Assembly: GCA_039794845.1 (NCBI GenBank)
Contig: JAUQVK010000115.1
Coordinates: forward strand, 32,001-96,000
Direction: 5' to 3'
DNA from: Thermostichus sp. DRC_bins_24
Lineage (GTDB): Bacteria; Cyanobacteriota; Cyanobacteriia; Thermostichales; Thermostichaceae
DNA: 64,000 nucleotides
Shown here: positions 40,727-50,606 of the stretch, in pieces
Layout: every line of letters starts with the position of its first letter
Position numbering within the stretch: position 1 is the stretch's first letter
Made by a program: the position numbers and the translations under genes
The notes under the pieces: generated by a model
The model's database searches: none
What the model was told of the DNA's origin: nothing
What the model saw: only the letters and a program-made list of their open reading frames with translations

Positions 40727-41907
40727 CCTTCCTGCACACTTAACAGGCGGGATCCCACCAATCGTTGCAACCAAGGGGTGAGAAATTCCCGGTTTGCCAA
40801 TTGTTGCTGGGGATCCTGAGTTTCCAACGGAAAAGGAGCCAGGGCCCGCAAAGCAGCCGTGGTGACACAAAACATAGCTTTTTGAAAGCTCAAGCAGATT
40901 TTCACCCGCAGATCATCCTCTCCACGCAAACTGCGGCGGTAGTGCTCCCGCAAATAGGGGGGCAAATGCCGCATCATGTCTTGCATCAAAAGGGTGGGAG
41001 GGATCCCGGCACTGCCCACCGGTAACGGATCTGCATAGAGGGCTCCATAGGCGAAATCCGCCTGTTTCTCCGGGATCTGTCCAGCCTGAGCGTTGTAGGA
41101 AAGGGTGCCCATGAAGGGAAAAGAACGGAAAAACACCGCCTCCACATAAGGAATCGCCGTATCTGGCAAAAAGGTCAGCCCTACCGACAGCGGGATCACC
41201 TCATGGCGTTTACCCCAGATGCACGGGGCGTAGGTAATGGGTTTATTGGCGGCCTCCACCAAACCCTGCTGCACGTGGGCCACCACATCGGTAATGGTAA
41301 GGTGAGGCTCCGTCTCGTAGCGTTTGGCCAAGGCCAGGAACAGATCGCTCATCACCCGCCAAAACTGGCCCAATCCGCTATACATGGCCAGCATGCGTAC
41401 CTGCTCCAGGCCAAAATCGGGGAAGAGGATCCCCAAGCTCCGCAAAAAGGGGTTGAACTTAATCTTGGCTTGAATGGCAGCCCTGGCCCGCTCCACAAAC
41501 TCCGGCGTATCCAAATAGGCATCCAACCCGCCACCCCCGTGCCAAAGCATGGCCTTCATACAGTATTCGGCAAACTCATAGTTAATGCGGTCGTGCCAAA
41601 GGTAACGCAGCCATTTGCCAGGGGTAATCTCGCCGTTGAAATACTTAAAGGCGGGGAATAACTCCAAAAATTGATGGTCGGCAATAAAGATCAAATTGCG
41701 GGAATAAGCATCCAAAACTTCCCCGTAACTGTGCAGGATCCCGATCACCTCCAAGCGGTTCATCACCGAATCGGGCAACAGGGCCCCCCCCGCCTCAAGG
41801 CGTTGCAAAATCGGGCTAATCCGCACCTGATCCAACGGATCCAAGCCCACCAGCAGAAAACAGGAGGGAGAAAGAGAAGAACCATCACGAGGCAACGTAG
41901 AAGTCAT
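40723..41907 (-). CDS. cupB: CO2 hydration protein CupB/ChpX
   Basis: LDAYSRNL, WHDRINYEFAEYCMKAMLWHGGGGLD, GIPPTLLMQDM; length and motifs fit CupB rather than CupA. Confidence 0.88.
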   Translation of the reverse strand: MTSTLPRDGSSLSPSCFLLVGLDPLDQVRISPILQRLEAGGALLPDSVMNRLEVIGILHSYGEVLDAYSRNLIFIADHQFLELFPAFKYFNGEITPGKWLRYLWHDRINYEFAEYCMKAMLWHGGGGLDAYLDTPEFVERARAAIQAKIKFNPFLRSLGILFPDFGLEQVRMLAMYSGLGQFWRVMSDLFLALAKRYETEPHLTITDVVAHVQQGLVEAANKPITYAPCIWGKRHEVIPLSVGLTFLPDTAIPYVEAVFFRSFPFMGTLSYNAQAGQIPEKQADFAYGALYADPLPVGSAGIPPTLLMQDMMRHLPPYLREHYRRSLRGEDDLRVKICLSFQKAMFCVTTAALRALAPFPLETQDPQQQLANREFLTPWLQRLVGSRLLSVQEG

Positions 41908-41980
41908 AGGAGGAGGAAGCGTCAATAATCAGTCAACAATCAAATGCAAATGGAAACGGGATTTAGGGCAAAAACTCAAT

Positions 41981-43498
41981 TTAAGGCAAAGTTGGAGGAT
42001 CGCCACCGTCCACCGGGGCAAGCGCCACGGTGATTGGGGCGGGATTCAATAGATGGGCTAGATGGGTTGTCGTCTGTTCTACCCAGCCCGTTACCCAAGC
42101 CGGTTGCAACCCCAGCAGCACCACGATCACCGCCAAAACCCCTGCAGGTAACCGTTCCCCCAAGCGTCGTCGCGGCATGGCAATCGCCACATCCGATAAA
42201 CGGCCAAAAAAGACACGGTTCACCATTAGCAGGAAATAGGCCGCCGTCAACCCGGTTCCAATCATGCACAGCAAGGTCTGCACGGGGAACATCGGAAAAC
42301 TGCCGCGAAAGACGATGAACTCGGCGATAAAGCCCACCATGCCCGGCGTACCGCCACTGGCCATCACCCCCAACACCATCAAACTACCGATCAACGGTAA
42401 GCCCCGCTCGGGATTCAGCAACCCCTGCAGCAGCTTCAGATCCCGTGTGCCGGTGTTGGTGTAAACTGCCCCCACCAGCAGAAACAGCAGCGCCGAAATC
42501 AGGCCGTGACTGACCATTTGAAAGACGGAGCCCACCAAAGCCAGCGGAGTCGCCGCCGCCGCCGCCAGCAAGATATAACCCATGTGGGCGATAGAGCTGT
42601 AGGCCACCAGCTTTTTCATATCCTGCTGCACCAAGGCATTAAAGGAGCCGTACAGCACATTCACCACCGCCAAACCCGCCAACCACGGCCCCGCCTGAGC
42701 CCAGGCATCCGGCAACAGCTGCAAGCCAAAGCGCAGCAGGCCGTAGGTACCCAATTTCAGCAGCAACCCCGCCAACAACACCGAAATGGGGGTAGAAGCC
42801 TCCACGTGGGCATCCGGCAACCAAGTGTGAAAAGGAACCAGCGGAATTTTGATCGCCAGCCCCAACAAAATCGGAATTAACAATAGGGTCTGCTGTATCA
42901 AAGGCAGGGGATGGGCCTGCAACACCGTGTACGTAAAGCTATTGGTGTCGCTCAGCCAACTGAGACCAAAAAAGCCGATCAACAACAGGATCCCGGACAG
43001 GGCCGTATAGACCAAAAACTTGGTAGCCGCATAGATGCGCCGTGGCCCTCCCCAGATGGCAATGAGCAAATACAGCGGGATCAGTTCGATTTCATAAAAC
43101 AGGAAAAACAGCAGCAAATTCTGTGTTAGAAAGGCCCCTGCCACCGCCGCCGCCAACATCAACAACAAACTGTAATAGAGGCGAGGCCGCTCTACCTTGC
43201 CACTGGCCCAGATGGCAATCAGCACCAGCAAGCCATTCATCACCACCAAGGGCAAAGAAAGGCCATCCACCCCCAGCTCATAAATCAGGCCCAACTGTGG
43301 AATCCAAGCTACCGTTTCCGCCAATTGCACCGATCCGAGATTGGGATCAAACTGCAGCAACAACCCCACACTCAGGCCAAACAAAATCAGTCCAAATCCC
43401 AACGCCAAGGTTCGGTGGATCTGCTTGCCCCCTTGCTCCGGGATCAACCCGATTAAAACTGCCCCCAACAAAGGGATCCCAATCAGTAGGCTTAACAT
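41981..43498 (-). CDS. ndhD4: NDH-1 subunit 4, CO2-uptake type
   Basis: PFHTWLPDAHVEA, GLLNPERGLP; adjacent to cupB. Confidence 0.88.
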   Translation of the reverse strand: MLSLLIGIPLLGAVLIGLIPEQGGKQIHRTLALGFGLILFGLSVGLLLQFDPNLGSVQLAETVAWIPQLGLIYELGVDGLSLPLVVMNGLLVLIAIWASGKVERPRLYYSLLLMLAAAVAGAFLTQNLLLFFLFYEIELIPLYLLIAIWGGPRRIYAATKFLVYTALSGILLLIGFFGLSWLSDTNSFTYTVLQAHPLPLIQQTLLLIPILLGLAIKIPLVPFHTWLPDAHVEASTPISVLLAGLLLKLGTYGLLRFGLQLLPDAWAQAGPWLAGLAVVNVLYGSFNALVQQDMKKLVAYSSIAHMGYILLAAAAATPLALVGSVFQMVSHGLISALLFLLVGAVYTNTGTRDLKLLQGLLNPERGLPLIGSLMVLGVMASGGTPGMVGFIAEFIVFRGSFPMFPVQTLLCMIGTGLTAAYFLLMVNRVFFGRLSDVAIAMPRRRLGERLPAGVLAVIVVLLGLQPAWVTGWVEQTTTHLAHLLNPAPITVALAPVDGGDPPTLP

Positions 43499-43523
43499 GC
43501 CCCTCTCCCTGAAGACTGGTTTA

Positions 43524-43937
43524 CTACCATAAAACCTCGACTAATCCCGACTCCGTAATGTTTTGATCACAAGTTAATACCCTTACCTCTTCACCTCTAT
43601 CTTGTTCACCTCTATCCTGCAGAGTCAGGGCAACAGCAACAATTTGTCGGTCATGCATTTCGTTAATGGACAGCAAACTCAAAGTTTTCTCGACAACGCT
43701 CCTTGTCAATGAAAAGATCACCAAGCGGGGATCCGAATCAACAGCTTCCATCAGCAGGCTTGTTGAAGGAATAGAAGTTTTCCCTTTCTCAACAGTCCAA
43801 GCAGCTTCCGCTAAAGCAACCGCAGGCATGACCAATTGACTCAAAGGATTAGAGAGTACATTCTTGGCATTGTTGCCTAGCTTGGGATTATCCTCCAAGA
43901 ACCCAATTAGAGTATGAGTATCAACAACATATCTCAT
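43524..43937 (-). CDS. PIN-domain (VapC-like) toxin
   Basis: YVVDTH, ALAE, EMHDRQIVA, LTCD; AT-rich. Confidence 0.85.
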   Translation of the reverse strand: MRYVVDTHTLIGFLEDNPKLGNNAKNVLSNPLSQLVMPAVALAEAAWTVEKGKTSIPSTSLLMEAVDSDPRLVIFSLTRSVVEKTLSLLSINEMHDRQIVAVALTLQDRGEQDRGEEVRVLTCDQNITESGLVEVLW

Positions 43938-43942
43938 TTCAG

Positions 43943-44182
43943 CTATGACCAATCCAATCCATCATCAGGATCCCCATGGAACTCGGCCAATTTGAAGTCT
44001 TCCTCTGTTGACTTCAAGGTGCCAGCAAACATCCCTAGCGTCATCCTCTGACCTTGTTTGGCTGAAGAGACCGGCTCAGTCTCCAAAAAAGTAACAATGA
44101 CCGGACTTTCAGAAATGTCGTCGGGCACTTCCGCCAATTGAATCAAGCCATTTTTGTAAGTTCCCTTCACCGCTTTTGGCAT
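43943..44182 (-). CDS. Putative antitoxin (DUF104/AF2212-like N-terminus)
   Basis: KAVKGTYKNGLIQL.E.P...VIVTFLE; small acidic gene directly upstream of the PIN gene. Confidence 0.72.
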   Translation of the reverse strand: MPKAVKGTYKNGLIQLAEVPDDISESPVIVTFLETEPVSSAKQGQRMTLGMFAGTLKSTEEDFKLAEFHGDPDDGLDWS

Positions 44183-44245
44183 TGATAGATCCTCAACGGG
44201 GCAACAAAATCGAAATCAAAATTAACCAATAATACTTCTCACCCT

Positions 44246-46090
44246 CTAAGCCAACCCCAACCCAGGAGCCCGCATCAGCCAGGCCACCACCAGTACCACC
44301 CCGATCAAAATCAGCAGCACGTACAACTGCATCCGCCCCGACAAGGTGTATTTCAAGGTTTCGCCACCAAACAAGAAGGCCAAGCTCACCCCATTCACCA
44401 AACCATCCACCCAGTTGCGGTCGATCCATTCCAACCCCCGCGAGAGGGCACTGATGGGCTGCACCACCAGGGCTTGATACAGTCGCCCCGTGTAAAAGTC
44501 GTAGGCTAATAGAGCTTGCACCTCCGGCCAGGGGAGACGGAGCATCCGTTTGCCTCCCCAGTACAGCCAGCCGCCCACACCCGCTCCCACCGCACCCGAG
44601 AGAACCAGCAAGGCTGCCATCAGCTTTAACCTGGGGATCCACCCCGGATAGAGCTGCCAGTGCCAGAGCAGCCAGGGCATCAGCAGGGTTTGCACCGCCA
44701 GGATCCCCATCGGCAAAGCCATCAACCAGCCCACTTCCGGTGCCCGGCGGGTTTTGGGTTGTACGGATCCCTGAAACACCAAGCCAAACACCCGCATCAT
44801 GTTCAAGGCGGTGAGGCCATTCACCAACAGCAGCACCCCCACCAAGGCCGGTTGCAAGACGCTGTAGACCAAAGCCAATCGCGCCATCGTCCAAAAGCAG
44901 CCCAGCGGCAACAGGGCCACCATCCCCAGGGAGCCCACCGCGAAGGCCGTTACCGTAGCCGGCATGCGGCTGCGCAACCCCCCCAATTCTGTTAGGTTCT
45001 GGGTGGCGGTGGTGTAGATGATGGATCCCACCCCCGTAAACAGCAGCGCCTTGGCCAGGCCGTGCATCAGCAACAGTTCCAAGGCCAGATCCGGTTGTTG
45101 CATCCCCACCGCCACAAACACCAACCCCAGGTAGGCACTTGTGGAATAGGAGAAGGTGCGTTTGATGTCAATTTGCGCCAAGGCTACCAGGGATCCGCCA
45201 ATCGCCGTGATCGTACCGATGGTTACCAAAAAGCCATCGGTAATCGGCGAGAGGGCCAAGAGCGGCTGTAGCTTAATCAGCACAAAAGCGCCGCAGGCCA
45301 CCACCACCGAGTTGCGCATAATCGAAGCGGGGTTCGGCCCCTCCATCGCCTCATCGAGCCACAGGTGCAGGGGAAACTGGGCGCATTTGCCTACCGGCCC
45401 TGCCATTAAGGCCAGTCCCATCAAAGCGGCCCAGGTGGGATCCAAACTGGCCGTCGCCGCCCAATCCCGCAGATTGGAAAACGTCAAAGCCCCGGAAAAA
45501 TTAGAAACCGCCACCACCCCCATCAGCAGCAACAGATCCCCCACCCGCTTGGTTAAAAAGGCATCCCGCGCCGCCGTGACCACCAAAGGCTGGGCATACC
45601 AAAAGCCCACCAGCAAATAGGTGGAGAGGGTGAGCATCTCCAGCAGGGCGTAGCTCAAAAACAGCGAATCGCTGATGGCAATGCCCGTCAGGGCCCCCTC
45701 AAAAAAGCCCATCAAGGCCGAGAAACGCCCCAGTCCCCAGTCCTTATCCAAGTAGCCAAGGGCGTAGATCTGGGCCAACAAACTGAGGCCGCTAATCCAC
45801 ACCACTGCCCCCATGGTGATGGGAGAAATTTCCAGCGACAAAGACAAATCCAGATCCGCCACCCGAAACCAGGGATAGTCCACGATGTAGGGGGCGTGCC
45901 CCCACACCTGTCGCAGCACCAGAACTCCGTGAACCAAAGCCACCAAAGTGAGCAAAATATTGATGTAGGCCGCCGGACGGGGGCCGCTGCGTCTCACCCA
46001 CCCTGTTGCCCAAGGAATGGCCAAGGCCGCCCCCGCCAACCCGTAGCAGGGGATCCACCAACTGCTTTCCAACAAAACACGATTTAACAT
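44246..46090 (-). CDS. ndhF4: NDH-1 subunit 5 (F), CO2-uptake type
   Basis: GPRPAAYIN, QPLVVTAARDAFLTKRVGD, WLDEAMEGP. Confidence 0.88.
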   Translation of the reverse strand: MLNRVLLESSWWIPCYGLAGAALAIPWATGWVRRSGPRPAAYINILLTLVALVHGVLVLRQVWGHAPYIVDYPWFRVADLDLSLSLEISPITMGAVVWISGLSLLAQIYALGYLDKDWGLGRFSALMGFFEGALTGIAISDSLFLSYALLEMLTLSTYLLVGFWYAQPLVVTAARDAFLTKRVGDLLLLMGVVAVSNFSGALTFSNLRDWAATASLDPTWAALMGLALMAGPVGKCAQFPLHLWLDEAMEGPNPASIMRNSVVVACGAFVLIKLQPLLALSPITDGFLVTIGTITAIGGSLVALAQIDIKRTFSYSTSAYLGLVFVAVGMQQPDLALELLLMHGLAKALLFTGVGSIIYTTATQNLTELGGLRSRMPATVTAFAVGSLGMVALLPLGCFWTMARLALVYSVLQPALVGVLLLVNGLTALNMMRVFGLVFQGSVQPKTRRAPEVGWLMALPMGILAVQTLLMPWLLWHWQLYPGWIPRLKLMAALLVLSGAVGAGVGGWLYWGGKRMLRLPWPEVQALLAYDFYTGRLYQALVVQPISALSRGLEWIDRNWVDGLVNGVSLAFLFGGETLKYTLSGRMQLYVLLILIGVVLVVAWLMRAPGLGLA

Positions 46091-46190
46091 TCGCTTGTTC
46101 AGAATTTTTTATGTTAATTGGGCCACTATTTTGATCACTTTCGATCACTATATACCTTGTTCTGGTGTCCTCAAAATGGGGTCGGATTCC

Positions 46191-47384
46191 TCAGGCAGGG
46201 CTAACCCAAGTTTGGATTTGCGCAGCAATACGCTGGGCAGCGCCAGGGGATCCCATCCGTTGTCGTCCATGGGCTTGCAGGTGAGCCGTGTAGGTGGGAT
46301 CGGTGGCCAAGCGCTCTAGAAGTTGCTGAAGAATAGCCGGGGCTTGGTGCACGACCGTGAGGTAAATTGCGCATCCCAGGAGGCGGGTTTGGGCTTCGGC
46401 AAAGCGGGGGGTAAATTGCGGCCCCTCCCCCGGCAGCGTGATCACGGGTTTACCCAGGCCCACGCATTGTTCCGTGGCGGTTCCGGCCATGGCCAGCACC
46501 ACCGTTGCCCGTTGGACACAAGCGCCGAAGTCCCCCCAGATAAGGAGTACATCGCGGCGTTGCGGCGGGATCCGGGCCTGGAGTTGGGCGGGCTCCAGGT
46601 TGGGGCTGAGGGCGGCATAGACCTGAATTTCGGGTGGGATCTTTTGCACCACCTGCATCATCAAGGCCCAGTTGCGGTAGGCTTCCGGCGGACGGGATCC
46701 AGGCAGCAGCAACAGCGCTGGTCGTTCCGGATCCAAAGGCAGTTGCGTGGGGGACTCAAGCCCATCCATCATCGGGTTACCCAGGTAAAAGGCCTTCAGC
46801 CCCCGTTTTTGTAGAGCCGTCGCCGTCAGTTCATCCCGGAGAAAAGATCCCCGACAGCGCTCTCGCCCCATCAACCAGCGCTCCCAGGGCAAATAATCGG
46901 AAACCGGCTCCACAAACGGGATCCGACTCGGGCGATAGGGGCCCGCTTCATCCCGCCAGTAGTAATCCGACTTGGCGGTGCCCACAAACCCATAGGGGAT
47001 GCCGCTCCACCAAGCCATCAGCAAGGGCACAATGTCCCCTACCGCCAGCATCAGATCCGTCTGGGGGGCTGCTTTCCGGATCACGGCCAGCTGTCGCCCC
47101 GTCAACCCCAGCAGTCCACCCCGCACATCTCGCCACAGTTGCCGCCAATCTTGATAGATAAACCCCCCCGAAGGCATGACCTGAGGGGTGGCCAAAATCG
47201 GGATCCCTTGGCGTAGATAGGCTTTCCCTTCCCCCACAATCGGCAGGGCCCGCACTTGGATCCCCAGTTGCGTAAGGGCCAGAGCAATCCGAGCAGCCAC
47301 TTCATCTTCTCCATGTCCGTTGCTCAGACACAGCACCCGCGGCGGGTTAAATCGGGAGCGGGAATGGTTAGGCAGGGATCCCAC
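46191..47384 (-). CDS. Lipid-A-disaccharide synthase-related protein (TIGR03492-type)
   Basis: LSNGHGED, MPSGGF, GTAKSDYY, LLPGSR, MAGTATEQ; start uncertain. Confidence 0.85.
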   Translation of the reverse strand: MGSLPNHSRSRFNPPRVLCLSNGHGEDEVAARIALALTQLGIQVRALPIVGEGKAYLRQGIPILATPQVMPSGGFIYQDWRQLWRDVRGGLLGLTGRQLAVIRKAAPQTDLMLAVGDIVPLLMAWWSGIPYGFVGTAKSDYYWRDEAGPYRPSRIPFVEPVSDYLPWERWLMGRERCRGSFLRDELTATALQKRGLKAFYLGNPMMDGLESPTQLPLDPERPALLLLPGSRPPEAYRNWALMMQVVQKIPPEIQVYAALSPNLEPAQLQARIPPQRRDVLLIWGDFGACVQRATVVLAMAGTATEQCVGLGKPVITLPGEGPQFTPRFAEAQTRLLGCAIYLTVVHQAPAILQQLLERLATDPTYTAHLQAHGRQRMGSPGAAQRIAAQIQTWVSPA

Positions 47385-47451
47385 AGAACACCAAGAATCT
47401 CCTCTTAAAATAGAGCCAATCCACAACCCATCCGAGAGCGGAACCGAGGAG

Positions 47452-47790
47452 ATGATCCGGAATGAGCGACAACGGGCCGAGTTTATCGCGGCAGTAGAAA
47501 CCCTCCAATTGGAAGGCCCCTATTTTGTGGAAGAACGCCTCACCCGCCATCGCGGCCCTTTTCTGCGGGCGGTGAAGGATGTGCCCGTAGGGGGAACCTG
47601 GTGGGAGATTCGCTACTTTCCCGATTGTGAGCGCTACGCCTGGGCCTATTTGCCGGAACAGCCCAGCCCGCGAGAATTTGCCTGGGGACACACTTTGGAA
47701 CAGGCGTTTCTCAACGCGTTGTTTCAGCAGCCGGAGTCTTCCCCCCTCAGCCTGGCAGAAAATCGGGAAAACCAATCCGATTTACAGTGA
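47452..47790 (+). CDS. Hypothetical protein
   Basis: GAGGAG RBS, protein-like composition, fills intergenic space. Confidence 0.65.
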   Translation: MIRNERQRAEFIAAVETLQLEGPYFVEERLTRHRGPFLRAVKDVPVGGTWWEIRYFPDCERYAWAYLPEQPSPREFAWGHTLEQAFLNALFQQPESSPLSLAENRENQSDLQ

Positions 47791-47898
47791 AAAAGGAGGG
47801 ATCCCAGGCGGATTCAGTTAGCTTGCAGTCCCAACCCGCGCTCCTCGGACGGATCCCCCGTGGGGTTGTGCGGAGCAGTAAAAGGAGTTTTCATCACC

Positions 47899-49122
47899 AT
47901 GACCAGTCGCCTGCGCATCGGTAACCTGTGGGGGATCCCGTTCTTCATCGACTACACCTGGTTCCCGGTAGCCCTCCTGCTCATGCTCTCCTACGGGGTA
48001 CCGACCGCTTTGGGGTTGTTCTTTTCTATACTGGCTCACGAGCTGGCCCACAGCCTGGTGGCCCGCGCCCACGGGGTACGAGTTAGCTCCATCACCCTGT
48101 TCATTTTCGGGGGGATGGCCGCGATCGAGCGAGAAGTTCCCCATCCCCTCGGTGCTTTTTGGGTGGCGGTGGCAGGTCCTCTTCTCAGCCTGGGTCTGTT
48201 TGGCCTTTTCAGCGCGGCACTGGCTTGGACTGCACCGGAGTCGATGCTGGCCTCAACCCTAACCCGTTTGGCCGCCATCAACTTGACCATCGGCCTGTTC
48301 AACCTGCTGCCGGGGCTACCCTTGGATGGAGGGCAAATCCTGAAGGCAGCCATTTGGGGTTGGACCGGGGATCGGCAACAGGGCATGATCTGGGCGGCGC
48401 GGGTGGGGCAACTCGTCGGCTTCGGCCTGCTGGGGTTGGGGTTGCTGGTGGTATTTGCCGGCAGCCTGAATGGGTTGTGGCTGGGGTTGATCGGGTTGTT
48501 TATTTTGAACAATGCCCGCCGTTACAGCCAGTACGCTCAGCTGCAGCAGGTGCTGGGGCGACTGAAAGCCGGAGAGGTGATGACCCGTCATTTTCGGGTT
48601 TTGGATGCGGGCATGAGCCTGCGGGAGTTTGTGGATCGCTACGTGGTACCCTCCTCTCTAAAATCGGAAGCAGAGGGAGGGGCCCACCCGGAAGCGGAGG
48701 TTTATTTTGCCGAAGAAGATGGCCGCTATCGGGGTTTGGTGCGGCCGGAGTTGCTCAACGATATCGAACGCAGCCAATGGGATCACCTCACCCTCAAGGC
48801 GATTTTGAAGCCGATGGAGCAGCTGCAGGGGGTACGAGAGGAAACCCCTATCCCTCAGGTGATTCAAATGATGCGCCAGTCGGAACCGCGCCAAGTCCTA
48901 GTGTTCACGCCCACCGGAGCGGTTGCGGGGCTGATCGATCGGGGAGATGTGGTGGCCGTAGCTGCCCGCCGGTTGGGGGTGATGTTGCCGCAGGAGGTGG
49001 TGCAGCGCATTCGAGACAGCCAAGAGTGGCCCCCCGGATTCCAATCGGAAGAAAGCTTGTCCGGCGAGGGATCCCCCGGCCTGTCTTTGCAGGGATCCCC
49101 CGATCTTCAGGGCAAGCCCTAG
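47899..49122 (+). CDS. Site-2 protease (M50) with CBS domains
   Basis: HELAH, NLLPGLPLDGG. Confidence 0.93.
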   Translation: MTSRLRIGNLWGIPFFIDYTWFPVALLLMLSYGVPTALGLFFSILAHELAHSLVARAHGVRVSSITLFIFGGMAAIEREVPHPLGAFWVAVAGPLLSLGLFGLFSAALAWTAPESMLASTLTRLAAINLTIGLFNLLPGLPLDGGQILKAAIWGWTGDRQQGMIWAARVGQLVGFGLLGLGLLVVFAGSLNGLWLGLIGLFILNNARRYSQYAQLQQVLGRLKAGEVMTRHFRVLDAGMSLREFVDRYVVPSSLKSEAEGGAHPEAEVYFAEEDGRYRGLVRPELLNDIERSQWDHLTLKAILKPMEQLQGVREETPIPQVIQMMRQSEPRQVLVFTPTGAVAGLIDRGDVVAVAARRLGVMLPQEVVQRIRDSQEWPPGFQSEESLSGEGSPGLSLQGSPDLQGKP

Positions 49123-49252
49123 CGGGAGGCGAGAGAGGGCCAGCAGCCCCACACCGAGCGCCCCTGATTACCGGATCAAAAGTGATCGCAACTACGTCCC
49201 CAGGGGTCACTCCCTGTCTACAATTAAGAGTGTTCTTCATCAGTTAAGAATT

Positions 49253-50557
49253 TTGAATCGCTCCCCTCGCCTTTTGCCTGCCCACACCCACCGCCTGAGC
49301 AATGGGTTAGGCGTTATTCTCCACCCCATCCCGATCACCGATTCTGTTACCGTCGACATTTGGGTACAGACCGGCGGACGCAACGAACCCCTCGAGTGGT
49401 TAGGGATGTCTCACTTTCTGGAACATATGGTGTTTAAGGGCAGCGATCGACTGGCCCCCGGTGAGCTGGATCGAGCGATCGAAGGGCGGGGGGGAGTTAC
49501 CAATGCTGCCACCAGCCAAGATTACACCCACTACTACATCACGGTTGCTGCTGCTGACTTGCCGGATAGCTTGCCCTACTTGGCGGAGGTGGTTCTACGC
49601 CCCGGGATCCCTGCCGATGAATTTGAGCGGGAGCGTCAGGTGGTTTTGGAGGAAATTCGCCGCGCCGCCGATAACCCCGACTACAACGCTTATCAGCTGC
49701 TGATGCAAACCGCCTATGCCGAGCATCCCTACGGGCGACCGGTGTTGGGCACCCCCGAAAGTCTGATGGTGCTAACCCCGGAACTGATGCGCACCTACCA
49801 TCAAAGCTGGTACCGACCCGACCAGATGACGGTGGTGGTGACCGGGGGCATCGATCCGGAACGCGCTCTGGCGCTGGTGGAAGAACAATTGGGCGGCTCT
49901 GCTTATGGGGAAAAGCTAGCAAGCCCTGGAGTTCCCCAACAACCCCGTCCCCAAGGGATCCTGCGCCGAGAGAGCACCCATGGGCGGTTGGAACAAGCCC
50001 GTTTGATGCTGGCTTGGCCGACGGTGAGCGCCGACGCTTGGCAGCAAGCCTGTGGTTTGGAGGTGTTGGCTTCCATTCTCGGCGATGGGCGAACCTCACG
50101 GCTGGTGCATTTGCTGCGGGAACAGCGGGGCTGGGTGAGGGGGATTGGCTGTTCTTCCATGGTGCTGAAGGAGGGGGGCCTTTTCTGCGTCAGCGCCCAC
50201 ATGGATCCGGAGCATTTGCCGCGGGTGGAGGCGACGATCCTGCGCGAGATCGAGAAGTTGCAGCAGGATGGCATCGGCCAAGCGGAGTTGGATCGCACCC
50301 GGCGCATTCTCACCCACGAGTTTCTCTTCTCCGCCGAGTCCCCCAGCCAGCTAGCGGGTATTTACGGCTACTACGAAACCATGGGTGGGGTAGAGCGCAT
50401 CCAGGAGTACTTGGAGCTGTTGCAATCTTTCACCCCAGCTCAGGTACGGGAATTGGCCCAGCAATACCTGTCTCCCGAGGCTTACGTGGTGACCACCCTC
50501 AAGCCTGACGCCCTCGACTCGGCTACTCCCCCCGAGCTGCAACTGGCCTATCGTTAA
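49253..50557 (+). CDS. M16 zinc peptidase, catalytic subunit
   Basis: HFLEHMVFKG, NAATSQDYTHY. Confidence 0.93.
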   Translation: MNRSPRLLPAHTHRLSNGLGVILHPIPITDSVTVDIWVQTGGRNEPLEWLGMSHFLEHMVFKGSDRLAPGELDRAIEGRGGVTNAATSQDYTHYYITVAAADLPDSLPYLAEVVLRPGIPADEFERERQVVLEEIRRAADNPDYNAYQLLMQTAYAEHPYGRPVLGTPESLMVLTPELMRTYHQSWYRPDQMTVVVTGGIDPERALALVEEQLGGSAYGEKLASPGVPQQPRPQGILRRESTHGRLEQARLMLAWPTVSADAWQQACGLEVLASILGDGRTSRLVHLLREQRGWVRGIGCSSMVLKEGGLFCVSAHMDPEHLPRVEATILREIEKLQQDGIGQAELDRTRRILTHEFLFSAESPSQLAGIYGYYETMGGVERIQEYLELLQSFTPAQVRELAQQYLSPEAYVVTTLKPDALDSATPPELQLAYR

Positions 50558-50606
50558 GCCCCTCTTCCTGACGGGATCCCTTTTTTGTTTTTTGGCTTCT
50601 TTATTC

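Noticed and set aside
48159..49247. 362-aa alternative-frame ORF
   Set aside because: Overlaps the site-2 protease on the same strand; no recognisable motifs.
50557..50592. Terminator between the two M16 genes
   Set aside because: T-tract present but no convincing stem; the genes are probably co-transcribed.
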